Below, piece by piece: positions 38,151 to 51,370 of a DNA stretch of 64,000 nt. The position numbers and the translations under genes are program-made. Below the pieces are notes generated by a model. The model had not been told where the DNA came from, did not search any database, and was given only the letters and a program-made list of their open reading frames with translations. Numbering within the stretch: position 1 is the first letter of the stretch; every line of letters starts with the position of its first letter. Source of the DNA: Octopus sinensis (Eukaryota); the NCBI RefSeq assembly GCF_006345805.1, contig NW_021835971.1, positions 1-64,000 on the forward strand. Direction: 5' to 3'.

Positions 38151-38969
38151 TGAATTTTTCATTGAGTTACTACAATATGTTTTAAATCAAAGAGTATGCT
38201 TATTTTTTAAAATGAAAAAGGAACATTATAGTATTCAAAAATATAAAGTGTTTTTTTATATTTATCTAATCTTTAGAGTTCAAGTAAAGATTACTAAATG
38301 CCAGCTACTTACTTGGATTTGTGTATTTTTTGTAGACTCGTTTATATACTCAGAAAAGATCGTATAATTACTCCTTAATTTAGTTCCTATTTTTACTTTT
38401 GTATGTATTTAATTACATTAAAACAATTTTTGATTTATGTAATCAGATAAATTAAATCAATTATTTGTATGAATGATATAGTAAAGGAACCATTAAAAAT
38501 AAATTCATACTGTTAGTATCAAATAAACTAATTAAATTACATAATTCCAAAGTACGTGATTTCAAATTTTCTGCAAAGTACTTTTGTATTTAGGAAAATA
38601 TGATATTCCAATATCTAGCTTTTTAAGAAAAGTTTTAGTAAAATGATAAAAACTTCGTCAACTATGCAACAAGGAAATTGTTAAAAAAATCTAGCTATTA
38701 AGTACTGGCTCGCAGGATTGAAAGACAATTCCCGCGTAAAACAGCCAGCGAGATCCTCTGAATAAGGAATATAAATTCCCTGAGATCTCTGGAGCGATAG
38801 GTATACAGACGGCCAAGTTTCTTAAGATGAGTAAGCGTCTTGGCCCCAAAAACACAGGAAGAATTGTATTCTGAGTTAATCTACAATATATATTTGTTAA
38901 ATTTTATCATTTTGATTATTATTCCTTATTTATCTAATTATTCATACAAAAATTATAGTATAGTTTATT

Positions 38970-40962
38970 ATATCTTTCGGAGGCTCTCTGCCAAACTTTC
39001 GGAGGCTGACTTTGGGAATATCTTTCGGAGGCTCTCTGCCAAACTTCTGTGCCACGCAATTGTCCCCTTTTTGTCTCAAGTGTTTCTCCCCGCCCAACTC
39101 GGGGTCGGTGTCCCAAACGGCTGCGAAGCGGCCGTTCATTCTCTCCGTGAACTCATCGAATCTTCCCAGTCGGCTATCATGGTCAAACTAGACGTCTCAA
39201 ACGCTTTCAACTCCATCAGACGTGACCACCTGCTGGAGTGCTGTCGCGAACTGGTTCCGTTCGCTTATCCCCTTGTACATCTCTCATACGCTTCTCCGAG
39301 TATCCTCATGTTCGACGATGTTCCCATCTCTTCGGCCACCGGGGTCCAACAGGGAGATCCCCTGGGTCCTGTCCTTTTTGCCTTGGGCGTTAACAGTATC
39401 GCTCACTCTGTTCGATCCCCAGTTAACATATGGTATCTGGATGACGCAACCATTTGCGGTCCCCCCGACGCTGTTTTCGACGACCTTCGTTCTATCCTCC
39501 CTTCCCTCTCGGACATCGGCCTATCTATAAACGCCAATAAATCCGAAATCGTGAACATTGCCTTAAATCCGAGTGACTTCACTGCTTCAATTTCCACGTG
39601 CCGAGGCATTCTCTCAGACGTCCGGATTACGGACAAATCAAATCTTACGATTCTCGGTGCCCCCATGGGGCCTTCTGCCCTCGAATGCTCACTCGCTGGA
39701 AAAATCTCCCACTTATCCAAAATGATCGACAAGCTTAAAGTCATCGAGCCTCATGTGGCTTTTTTCCTCCTCCGAAACCACTTCTCCGTCCCTAAGATCC
39801 TTTACACCCTAAGATGTGCACCCTGCTTTCAAAGAGGCGACCTTCTTTCCGACCTTGACAATATCCTCAGGCTCGGTACGAGCTCTCTTTGCAATCTGGC
39901 TTTCGACGATCCAGGCTGGACTCAGGCATCCCTGCCTGTGCGCTGGGGTGGCCTTGGCTTGAGATCCTATTCCGATCTTGCCCTCCCGGCATTCCTATCC
40001 GCTCATCACGCTTCTCGTACTCTCTCAGTCATCGTTCTTAGAACCTCCCCGAACGGAAATTGTCTGAAGTTTACTCTGCAGCCCGTGGTCGGTGGGAGGC
40101 TCGGTTTGGTTCGAAGCTGCCCAACTCTCAATCTGTACAGCGCCAATGGGACGAAATCTCTTGTCAGGCAATCTTCGAAGGCCTGCTTCCTGTCTCCAAT
40201 CAACACCGTGTCGCTTGCCTCCGTGCAGGTCGCTGTGAAAGCAGCGGTGTCTGGTTAAAGGCTCTCCCTCTCCCTTCCATCGGGAACCTGTTGGACAAGG
40301 AATGCCTAAGAATTGCAATCTCCCTCCGTGTCGGGCTGAAAATCTGCCAGTCGCACAAATGCCGTTTTGGGGGAACTGTTGACGAGTACGGTTTGCATCC
40401 CCTCGCTTGCCGGCGGAGTGCCGGTCGTGCCCCCCGTCACAGTGAACTCAACTCAGTCGTACAGAGAGCCCTCGCCTCAGCAGGCATCCGTCTATCCTTG
40501 AACCTGTTGGATTGGATAGAGGGGATGGCAAACGCCCTGACGGCATGTCCACCTTCCCCTACGAGCAGGGGAAATCCCTTATTTGGGATTCTACTGCTCG
40601 GACACGTTCTCGCTGGGAAATCTCGCGCTGTCCGCCGCCAATCCTGGGCACGCTCCAGGCAGGCCGAGGAGCGAAAGATTCTCAAGTACGGCCACCTGTC
40701 CAACTCGCTGCTCTTTACTCCAATTGCCTTGGAGTCCTCCGGGATCTTCGGTCCCAAGACACTCCGCTTCCTTCGCTCGCTCGGTCGACGGATTTCAAGG
40801 ACTAGTCACGATCCAAGAGAGTTTTCTTGGCTCCTGGAACGTCTGTCGATTGCTGTGATCCGAGGGAACGTCTTCGCCATTCGCGCGGCTGGTCGGGTGT
40901 CTCGTGAGGCCTTTAACTAACTTAGCTATCTGTAATTTTTGTCTAGTTTGTATAAGTTTCAT

Positions 40963-40987
<25 letters not shown>
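38970..40987 (+). mobile_element. 5'-truncated CRE-like non-LTR retrotransposon (RT + CCHC + REL) with poly(A) tail
   Basis: KLDVSNAFNSI, GVQQGDPLGP, WYLDD, C..G.VDEYGLHPLAC, GKRPDG and PIALESSG across frameshifted ORFs 38840-40258 and 40060-40920. A21 tail at 40967-40987. An older CRE 3' piece lies just upstream (38700-38870). Confidence 0.9.
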
Positions 40988-40993
<6 letters not shown>

Positions 40994-41759
40994 TATAAAA
41001 TCACGTAATGATAAAAACTTCGTCAATTAATTAAAATCGCTGATTTACATGATGATATATTAGACACTCTGTTGCATAAGAATCACTTTTTCTGTCGTTA
41101 CTTTTCCAACAATTAACAATACATGCCACATCAATTTTCTCTCAGCCCTTTGAAATTAGCACCATGACACGACGAAAGTTTGATTTTAAAATAGAATGTA
41201 TAAAATCGTTTTCGAAATCTCGAAAACACAAAAATTCTATCAAAAGACTTGAATAATAATCTTACAAAGCCTTGATTATTCTCATATCTAAAGGTTGTAA
41301 ATAAAGCGTATATTTTTTGCTAAAAATAAAAATTCAATATTTAAACATTCAACAGTTTTATGGGATTCCACATTGTCAAGTAACAATAAATTATTGTACG
41401 ACGCCCCAAAATGTTCATAATTTTGTTTTAATTTTTCATTTTATTTTGCTAAAATGTTAATTTTAAAAAGTGCCCCACCCCTGAAGCTTTCCTATGTTGC
41501 GTCAGACAGTAGCTCAATAACTAAGTTGAAGAGATGTATATTTTGTGTTTTGAAATCGGTGTACATAATTTTTAATAATATGCGGCATGAGCACCAGGTC
41601 ACAATGGAAAATTTATACGCACATTGTTCTGATGTTTTAAGGAACGAAGAGAATCGACTGAATATTTTTTTAAACAGCTGCCTTTGGATAAACAAAAAAA
41701 ACAAAATAAAAGGCCATCGTCAGCAATCCAGAACTCGATTTCCTGTTTATTTAAACAGT

Positions 41760-42045
41760 CGTTAATTCTTGGATTGAGAGAACGAGCAAATAGACAGGCA
41801 GTTTCCGCGGAATATCGCAAGGAAATGTGCTGAAAAAGCCAGCTAGACTCACGTCTCTCGTGACTCTTCCTTGAGATCATTAAACCAATTTCCGAAAGTG
41901 ACTCCAGGGCTTTTGGGCTGATTATCCCACTCGTCTCAAAAGCGAGGGGGACAAAAAGGCAGGTGTTCTATAATGAGGCGTACTTTGCGATTTTTTTCGT
42001 TTCGGCATGTGCTGAGGCTGAGCTAGGGCGGGAGGCAGAGTCGAC
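41760..42045 (-). mobile_element. CRE-like 3' remnant
   Basis: Near-identical to parts of 61340-61385 and 61635-61700; RESSWLFQHISLRY motif. Confidence 0.7.
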
Positions 42046-42074
42046 ATGTAATTATGTGTTGATTTGTTTACGCA

Positions 42075-42440
42075 AAAAGACTGACAATATTAAATGTTAT
42101 TGATTTAATTTTTTTTAATGTTCTAAATTTATCTAATTAATTACAATAAATTCTCATGTCCTAAATACGTCATTTTTTTCTTGTGTTGTGATTGTGGTTG
42201 TTAATTTTTATTTTTTTCTTTTGCTTTCATATTTTATTTTTATAATATTTTGTTTTTTCATTTGTTTGAAGATTAATTCAATTGACTACTGGTAAAATAT
42301 CACTGATAAATTTTATTTTGCAAGTCTATTCATTTTATTGATTAATTAATCTTCATTCATATGGATTTTTCCAATTATATTTATTTCTTTTTAGTATTTT
42401 TTGTTTATCTCGATCTTTTTACTATTTTATTGTTTATTTT
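42075..42440 (+). repeat. Unclassified AT-rich dispersed repeat, copy 3 of 3
   Basis: Same start and core as 24530-24930. Confidence 0.7.
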
Positions 42441-45400
42441 TTTATAGTTTATTCTAGTAAAATATGGATTTTACTTTTAAGAATTTAAATAAATAAAATG
42501 TCCCATATTCCTTGTATCTTGATTTCAACTGTGGACATTTTTACTATGAATGGATTAATAATTTATAGCGGGATAACTAAGCTGAAGAGATCTATACATC
42601 GTGTTTTAAAATTGGTGTTTTCGTCAAAATGGATGTTCAAGAGCGATTTGGCTGAATTTTTTAGTCATATACAGTGACTGTAAAATGTCCTGATATTTAA
42701 AGCAGGGTGAACATCGCCTTTCTCCGACTCTTTCGTGTGGTGAATATTTTTTGTCTATGATAATTAGTTTAATGAACAATTAAATGTTTTAAGATATTCA
42801 ATCCATTTCTGATTAAACTGATGGTCGTGAGAGATATTAGAATAAAAAAAATCCAATAAAAGTTATTCTAAGTTTTGTTGGAAAATGTGTTCATAATCAC
42901 GTTAGCTCAATAATCCTCGTCTCCTGGAATTTTTCTCCTCTTGGGAGAGCTTTCCACCAACGCACCATCAGCACTTTCATTGAGGAACTCATAAATGATC
43001 ATAATACCAGATACAGATGTAGAACATAAGAGAAGATGTTTGGTATCATAGCATCAGAACACTGACAAAGTGTCAATGAGCTGGTGCCTACAGATGATAA
43101 CGCATTCCTAATTGATGGCAACAAGGAATTATTGATCGAAGTCTCTCTACTTTTCTTTTTTATGTCACTGGAATCTTTTTTGTGCAGAAGGAATATTTTT
43201 TTCAACTGTTGAACGAACGTTAGCCTGCAGTAAGCGAACAGTCCTGCATCACACCCGCTCTGCTCCATCTTGTTCGACTGCTCCACATCAGGATCAGCCT
43301 TTTGAGGGAATATTCAAGCTTTCTATATTCGGACTGGGAGATTTTACCTCCAAATTTAGAATCAAAATTCTCTAGTATGACATTCCAACAACACCTGGGG
43401 ACACGTTCTAACCTCGCATGGATAGCTTCAAGGACTGATACCGCACAGCTTCTTCTATCTTTAACATCAATAGAGGAAATAATTGCTTTTAACGCATTCA
43501 ATTTTGAGTTCGTTCCCAGAGGCTTGAACTTTCATCAACAGAACGAGGCTGGACGTCCTCCATGGTCGTTCTTTTTATAGGTTCCGTGCTATTTTCGGCA
43601 CTGGAGTCCAGGTATTTAGTTATAGAAGAGCCAAGCATACCAACCCTATTTATTTACCCACGGCCCCTTCAATTGAAGGAAACCGGTGGCTAACAAGAAC
43701 GAAATTGCCAATGTCGGACGCTCCCAAGGATCCCCGATCGCGATCCGGTGTTTTGAGGAAGCAGAAAATGGGCCTGGACACGAGAAAAGGTCACTGAGAG
43801 AGTGAGAATGCGTGGATTCGGCAAGACTTATTCTTCAACGATAATACTCGGGTTTTTCTCGAGAGGGAGGATTCGTTGTTGTTTATTAGTGGCGGAATGC
43901 GTCCCAGAAGCTTGTTTATTCCAAGACATCTGATTGTCTTCGTAGCTACCAAGTTGTGAATTTTCTTCTGGTTATTGTCGGAGGAAATGGTTTAAGCATG
44001 CAGATTTTGTCCGCGAGGGCCGGAATTATTTTCCTGTTATTAGAGGAGTGCCAAAGAAAGTAGGCGGAGTGATTTGGCGTTCGGCATTTGACAAGAAATT
44101 GTAGCACGAGCATTTCAAAATGGTCTCGTCATGTGGTTCACCTCCTCGTGGAGACGATTGGATGCTATTCTCTTTCATTAACAAACAGAACCAACCTTTT
44201 CTCCTTGCCAACCAACCTGTCAACGGTTTGGTTGGTAGTTGCTACGGGACGAGCGTCAAGCTTATGTTCCCTGACTCTGTTGTTGATATTTTTTTAAAAA
44301 ATTTGATATAATAAAATCTAAGTTGTAAAAAATAAAAGAATACAAAATTTGACACACAAATTTCGGACAAGGTTAACAAAAATTAAAATGTATCGGTTTA
44401 TGTCTAGAAAGTTTAAACATTAATCTTATTTTACTTATACCTTCAATAAAAAAACCTAATTTGTCATAAAAATTTCCAAATTTCTAAAAAAGTATTTCAG
44501 ATATAAAACAGTAAATGTCCTAGTGCGGATTCAAATGTCTTGACTATCCACATTAACCTAGTCGGATGTATATACTAGATCAAATCCACTTTCTCCAACA
44601 AATTCATTTTCCTCAGTCCTTTCTATTTCCCTTTAAATGGAGTTCAATAATTACACTTTTGTAAATGATAAAATTTTTAATAATCAATTAAGATAGTTGT
44701 CAATCTACTGAATTTACAAGAGTTAGAAATTCCTTTATTGCTTAATTCTTGTAACTTCAAGAAATTTGATGTAAAGAATTAGTAGATGCACATTCCATCT
44801 GTCCATCATAGTTGCAACAAATTTTATAAACCACAAAGGAGTCTTCGCAGGCACTCAACGGAGTAGGCATGGTCAACATTTCCCTTTTTTATATCCACTT
44901 ACATCGACTAGATCAAACTAGTAAGTTGGTAAAAATTTACAATCCCTAGAAAATACTGTGTTAAAGTGTTTAAAACAGCTGAAGAGATTTTGGTGTATAC
45001 GAAAACAAACTCAATACCACTGAGAGCAGGTGTAAATTCATTTATATTTAATAATTACGAGTTAACACTTAAAACAAACCGGACGTGACGCCGTTTTAAT
45101 AAAAAAAGACGTAAATTGTTATTCCGAAGTGTGAAACTCCATTTTTAATAAAAAAGACGTAGATTTCTACGCGAGAATGTGTTTGAGCAGTAGCATCCTA
45201 AATAATGGATTTCCTTCAATTTTATTTTTCCTGCTTAATTTAATATTTTTTAATTTTTACTTTAAAATAAACACTAATCAACTTCTTGTTTATTACTGCT
45301 GGATCCTCAAATTTCGATCGAGTAGATCCTCATTTTTGCACACACTGTCTGCAATACTTTAACATCACTTAATTTTGATTTTTCAAATTGCAATTTGAAG

Positions 45401-45577
45401 TTCGTAATTGCCAAATTCTTGAAAATGGTATAGTTTTCATATGCCAACTGCAAGCGCAATGAAACCGAAGAATTTGAGCCGGGTCTTTTGACCATTGGAC
45501 GTTCTTTATTATGAATATCAAATTCATATTTTTGGCAATAACTTTGTTTTTCTTTGCATCAGTTTGATCATATAATA

Positions 45578-46787
45578 CAGGTGTTCTCAACCGGGGGCGA
45601 ATCGCCCCCCTAGGGGCGAAAATTTTGTACAGGGGGGCGATAATTTTGTAGAGGGGGGCGATAATATATTTAATAAAATATTCGAATTTTAATATAATAC
45701 AAGTATTTATACATGTTAATTTTAATAATGTTTCAGATTTATTAATATTTGTTCTATAGTGTTTATCCTTAAATTTTATATTTAGAATAGCACGCTGTTT
45801 TTACATTCTTGTTTGGTATCTAAGATGTCTTCTCGCTCAAATAAGAAAAGTCGTCATTATCAAAACGAATATTTAAAATATGGGTTTAATATGGCCTAAA
45901 GTTGAGCAGAATTAAACCCGACATAGAATATAGGGTTTTCGGATCAATATAATAACTTTTCGAATCATATAATAATTTTTCGAACCAATATAATAATTTT
46001 TCGAACCAATATAATAATTTTTCGAACCAATACAATAATTTTTCGAATCAATATAATAATTTTTCAAATCTTCTGAACATTCAATCGAACCAGCGATGGT
46101 TCGCCGACAAATAATATCTAATGATGTCGTTATTCTTGAATCACTTCAGAATTTGAGCATCTATTCAAATACGTTAACATCTTTCTGTAGAAGGATCCGC
46201 AATGTTCACTTGTTATATTTCGTTGAATTTAGATGTAATTAGGCATCTAAGATCTTTTTCATTCTTGGCTTTACCACGGACTACCAAGTTTTTCTATACT
46301 GAAAAAACATTTTCCAGTCCACGGTAGTGATGAATCCTCGCATTATCCATAATAAAAATAGGATTATTTGTCGGCGAACCATCGCTGGTTCGATTGAATG
46401 TTCAGAAGATTTGAAAAATTATTATATTGATTCGAAAAATTATTATATTGATTCGAAAAATTATTATATTGATTCGAAAAATTATTTATGATTCGAAAAG
46501 TTATTATATTGGTTCGAAAAATTATTATATTGATCCGAAAACCCTATATTTAGCGAGTAAGCATCAATATCAAGGGTCTCACTAATAATTTTTAATAAAA
46601 ATTCAATTTTTTACATTTGATTTATTATTTTAAATTTTGATTTTTGAGTTATATACAAAAAACAACCAATTAAGGGACAATGCCCAAAAATTTTTGAATT
46701 GTATGTGGACAAGGGGGCGATAAAATTTCAAAGGGGGCGATAAAATATCTAAGGGGGCGATGAACAAAAAAAGGTTGAGAATGCCTG
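45578..46787 (+). mobile_element. Second non-autonomous copy of the 25-1029 hAT family
   Basis: TIRs CAGGTGTTCTCAACC and GGTTGAGAATGCCTG. TSD ATATAATA at 45570-77 and 46788-95. Retains the transposase start MSSRSNKKSRHYQNEYLKYGF (ATG 45825). Confidence 0.93.
45931..46546 (-). mobile_element. Nested foldback-type Tc1/IS630 derivative with ~185-bp TIRs made of 21-bp tandem repeats
   Basis: Ends TAGGGTTTTCGG../..CCGAAAACCCTA. TA duplication relative to the empty site AGAATATTTAGC in the first hAT copy. Six CGAA(T/C)CAATATAATAATTTTT units per arm. Internal minus-strand MDNARIHH at about 46327-46350. Confidence 0.85.
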
Positions 46788-47139
46788 ATATAATAGATAA
46801 TTTCCATTGTGTGTTGACTATTTTTAGATGATACAACCAGTAATTCAATCATTAGTAATTGTAGATCTGCGCCTTCAATACAAAAAAAATGGAACTTTTT
46901 CATCAACAAAAGAAAAGGTTTCCGAATGATGCTTGACTTTATATCTTTTCTTTTCCAAAATTTCGTCGAAATTTTTTTTATTACATTTTGCAAATATATC
47001 CTTTTTAAGGATAGATGATTTTTTATATTCGACAAAAGGACAAACGACTGAGTTAATATGGTTACGGCTTCACAAGACGCTCGACAAGCCTTGCGAATAG
47101 CGACGCCATTTTTGAGATTAAAGCGAAAGACAGGGCGTT

Positions 47140-47400
47140 TTCCGTCTCCTCTATTAAGTCTAACTGATTCGAGAATTGACCGGGCATCACCGGAAACAAG
47201 GGCTCTCTGTAAGATAACGTTGATTTCGTTGTTACGAGGTGCACGCCCACCACTCCGACAGCAAGCAAGATGGTGCAAACTGTATTCGTTAACAGTTCCC
47301 CCACAGAGGCATTTGTAGACCTTGCAGATCTTCACCTCGATGCGAAGGGAAATTGCAATACGTAAACAATTCTTGTCCAGTAGGATAATATAATTCGTTG
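47140..47400 (-). mobile_element. CRE-like internal fragment (CCHC to REL start)
   Basis: LLDKNCLRIAISLR..CLCGGTVNEYSLHHLAC..GDGKRP, same subfamily as 38970-40987. Confidence 0.8.
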
Positions 47401-48377
47401 TGCTTATTGCACTGCTATCCTCACATGCACTGTCCTGCGTCACTAAACTTTAAGTCGAGACTGTGGCGAATTTTTAATCCATGTTGATTTATTTAGGGAT
47501 TAATTAAAGACTACTGTATTGTTTATTCATTGGAATGCTATATTCGAAACTGTTAAAACTGGCACCATGTTGAGTTCGCGAGGAATGATTGATTGCATTT
47601 TTTCCTTATAAGGCAGTCCATTCCCCTTAATATAGTCATTTTACTGTCGACTGCATTTCAATGATACAATTGAAGGACAGTTGGGTGACATTTCCGTCTT
47701 CCGAAGTGTTCATATTTCGGAAAATGCTGATCAGATGCGTCTGTCGAATCGTTGGATTAAGTCGTTGGTCGTTATTAGTTTTGGAAAACTGTCTCCGCCA
47801 CTTATTTATATCGGGAATTTCCACACGAATGATTTTATTTACGCGTTAAATTAGCATGCTACTAGAACATGAGGTATCCACTTGATCAGACTAGTAGGGG
47901 TCTTTTACACTTTCGTATAACCGAAATGAATTAAAGACCACATTTCACTGTGTTGGTCGAATGGATCCAGAAAGTGTAAGGACTCTGAGAGTGAGAGTAC
48001 TGGTGATATTGTAAGATGAATTTACGGGAAAATGTACCACAAGCCCCGTTAAATAATTATAATTTGGCTCTAAACATTGAAGGGTTGTTTGAGTTAACTA
48101 GTGAATACGTTCGACGGATAATCGAATCAGTAAATTAAAATAGATATACGAATTACAAAAAATAATAAATTTGTGTAGTTATAAATTTCACAAAGAAAAG
48201 AGTCATCTAATATTTGAGATAATTTTCAAAAAATTTCATATCTCAAGAATTAAATAGATGATAAGATAACCAAAAAATTTTTAAAACGATAAGATTAGAT
48301 GAATTATCAGAAAATAGTTAATTAATCAGTAAATTAGTATTTAAAGATGTTAATGTAAACCAAAAACCAGGATAAGA

Positions 48378-49918
48378 TCAGAACCCATAGATGAAGAGCT
48401 TAAGCATTTCAAATCCTGCTTCTGGCTGATCCGTTGGAACCATATGTCCAGAATCTCTCACGATTAACTGCATTAAATTCCCGGCAGTTTTATAATATCC
48501 ATTCACTCTTGAACCGTTTGCCGAGTACCAAATTTGTTGAGGAGCATTTGAAAATTTTTCTTTTCTAGTCCAATTAAGTTCTCTTAAAAATGCACTGGTC
48601 GCAATATAAGGTACGATTACGTCAACTTGTCCGGAATAAAAGAGAGTCTGATAATAATAATTTAAATTACTTTATAGCCTGCATCGAGGATATTTTGTAT
48701 TGTGGGGGCCATTGATTTGGAGATATCTTCATATAGCTTCCGATAGGGAAGATCGCAGATGTCACAATAAGTTAAATTTCCTGCGTTTAATCGACGAGAG
48801 TTTTTGTTCACGAAATCAACATAATTTTGATGAGGAACTTCCTAAACTTATAAATTATTTAAATAAAACCTCGTCGAGTATATAATTATAATAGTCAGTA
48901 AGACCAGTTAGTTCATAGAATAGGTCAAATATTTTATCAAAATACTACTTTTATTCAATAAAAGGAACCTCACTGCTGCGATAAAAATTTTTAGCTTCAA
49001 TGTTCTGACGTGCTAAAAAATTCAAATCATCAAATTTGCCAATTTGATTATCGAAAATAAGTCCAATATTATACAGATATGTTCCGAAGTCAAACATCTT
49101 TTTTATAACTAAAAAATACTTACATTATAAGGATCACAAAGACCGTCTCCAATTGCCATTCCAACTAAATTAATTGGCGTTGGATTGTTCCAGTTATATT
49201 GATCAATTGCAGAAACCATCGCGGGAATATATTTCCCGGCATAAGATTCTCCAGTAATGTAAAGGGGGTTAATCCTCAATTCTGGGAAAAGCAGATATAA
49301 ATTGTTGCATGAAACTAACTCGTGTCAATTTGATAAGATTACATTGTTAAATAATAACCGACTTGTTCTTCGTTTGTCAGATAACATTCTTCTTGATTTG
49401 TAAAACTAAACCCAGCTCCGACCTGAAATTAATTATTTAAAATATACAGGATTATCAATGTAAAGAACGTTAAATTCTTTTGTCCACGAGATTTCCCTTA
49501 ATTTTACTGTAAAGCTAATCAAAATTAAATTACATTCGTTGTTTGAATTGATAAAGTAGGGACCATTTTCTACAAAGGCGCCGTATATCGAAGAGGCTCC
49601 GGGTCCACCTTGCAACCAAACTAGAATGGGTGCTGATGTGTTTCCGTTCTTTTGTGATCAAAAAAATAATTAAACCTCTGCTGGAAAATACCAGAAATAT
49701 GTATTTCTTTCACATTCAGTGCTTACTCTGAAAAAACCTGCGTAGAGTTCAACATTTCCTATAAAAGGTTCAACTCTGCTCAATTCCCTAGCCAATTCTT
49801 TCTGTCCTTTATTTAAGTAGTCAGTGAGAATTAAAGGTTCGTCGCTTGAAATTCGAGGAAAATTTATATAGTTGCATCCGATGTAAAATACAATTAAAAT
49901 GATAACGAAAATTTTCAT
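48378..49918 (-). CDS. CPVL: Secreted serine carboxypeptidase (CPVL/vitellogenic-like, S10 family); one apparent +1 frameshift
   Basis: Hydrophobic N-terminus, WLQGGPG, IDNP|VGAGFS, and catalytic GESYAG, GQVDVI and SGHMVP. Seven 23-28 nt introns. One extra base near 49296-49299. Stop TGA at 48378-80. Confidence 0.85.
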
Positions 49919-50439
49919 TCTCTAATCTTTAAAAATATTTGAAAGTGTATTAATTCTTTATACTGTTGGTTTGACGTTTAAATATATTTTCTTTAATAAT
50001 TATAGTCAATACAATAAAATAAGAAAATGTATTAATCTTAGAAAAAATTTATTAACATGTCTCCAATAAAAAGTTTCAACAAATAAATACTATACTTTTT
50101 TATTAGTGAAGTTATATCATCGATTTTTCTACTTGCATTTTTACGCGTATCTCACAAATGGTTTCGCTTAAACCATGCATTTTGGCCACCCTTCATGCCA
50201 TCTTCGCTTACGGACAACAAGTTGAAATGAGGTTTTGGGTCTTGCTCTGAATTCATTATTTTCAGTGCGAAAATAATTTTCCATTATTCGGTTGCACGGT
50301 GTATTTGACATAGTCTAATAAATATAGCTCCGAGTTTGTTAAAAGATTTTTTATTGCTTCAGACAAAACCATTTATCGAAATTAAAAATTTTTTTATATT
50401 AATACATCACAATGATAATTTTGAGGCGATGAAATATTT

Positions 50440-50495
50440 GGTTGGGGAATGAAAGTTCAAAAGGGGCGACGAGTAAAAAAGATTGAAAATCACTG
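50440..50495. mobile_element. Solo hAT-type terminus
   Basis: AAAAGGGGCGACGAGTAAAAAAGATTGAAAATCACTG resembles the ends of the 25-1029 family. No partner end found. Confidence 0.5.
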
Positions 50496-50779
50496 CTCTT
50501 GACGACTAAAAAACGTAAACTTAGTTATGAACCCTAACTCTTTTATTTGAAAATTAGCCACAACAAAAAACCCCAAATTTTGGGTATCACTTATGATTAA
50601 TTTCTGTGTTTTTCTACCAACGTGAATACAATATGTATCAAAGCCAGGCACAACCTGGACGCACCACATACAGTTCTGGTTATTCTTTTGAAAAAGCCAT
50701 GGAAAGTTTAAAACTGATATAAAAACAATTTATTCAAATAACAATGAACTATGCCTTCTCTTGCTAATCTCCGTAGGTC

Positions 50780-51370
50780 TCTTTCACATCATTTGAGAAC
50801 TTACAACAAGTACAGAATTCTGGGCTCAGAACGATGATCGGATGTTTAAAATCTTCCCCTATTAGTCACCTCTTGAAATGCATGGGTTCCAATTTTTGGA
50901 TGACTCCTCGGCTGCTTACCACCCGCCTCACAATCTTCCCAAATCCACCAAAAAAAAAGAAAATACGTGCTACTTGTGCTGATCTGGAAAGAATTCTGTT
51001 GAAAATCCTTTTAGGAAACAGATAAAAAAAGATCGGCATTAATATACGACTTTATTTCCATGAGAGCCATTCCGAGACTATCACTAAACAAAATACTCTA
51101 AGAACCTCTCCAGGAAATTGATAAGTCAGAATTACCATTGCTAAGAAAAAAACGTGTGTTCCTCGTAAGACTTCGCAGCGGGCATCACCCCTGCCTTGGA
51201 AGTGATTACATAGGAAAAAAACAGAAAGAAGACTTTGCCACGTGTGTAAGTCCAATCCGATTTCCGTCCACCATTTGTTGTTCTGTTTTAGACCACTCGG
51301 AAAGTCGTTACCACACGTATCGTTTTAGGATTTCTCGGAGCGACCGTCCCACGTCGTGCCCCGTTTAATA
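50780..51370 (+). mobile_element. Ingi/Vingi-like non-LTR 3' remnant
   Basis: LQQVQNSGLRTMIGCLKSSPISHL, VRLRSGHHPCL and CHVCKSNPISVHHLLFC (CCHC). Confidence 0.6.

Noticed and set aside
45940-46540. CRISPR-like array of 21-bp repeats
   Set aside because: The units are contiguous with no spacers, are mirrored as TIR arms, and lie in eukaryotic DNA with no cas genes.
50150-50205. tRNA-like or other ncRNA on the minus strand (TGGCC..TGGTTTAAG)
   Set aside because: No acceptor stem, anticodon arm or T-arm could be formed.
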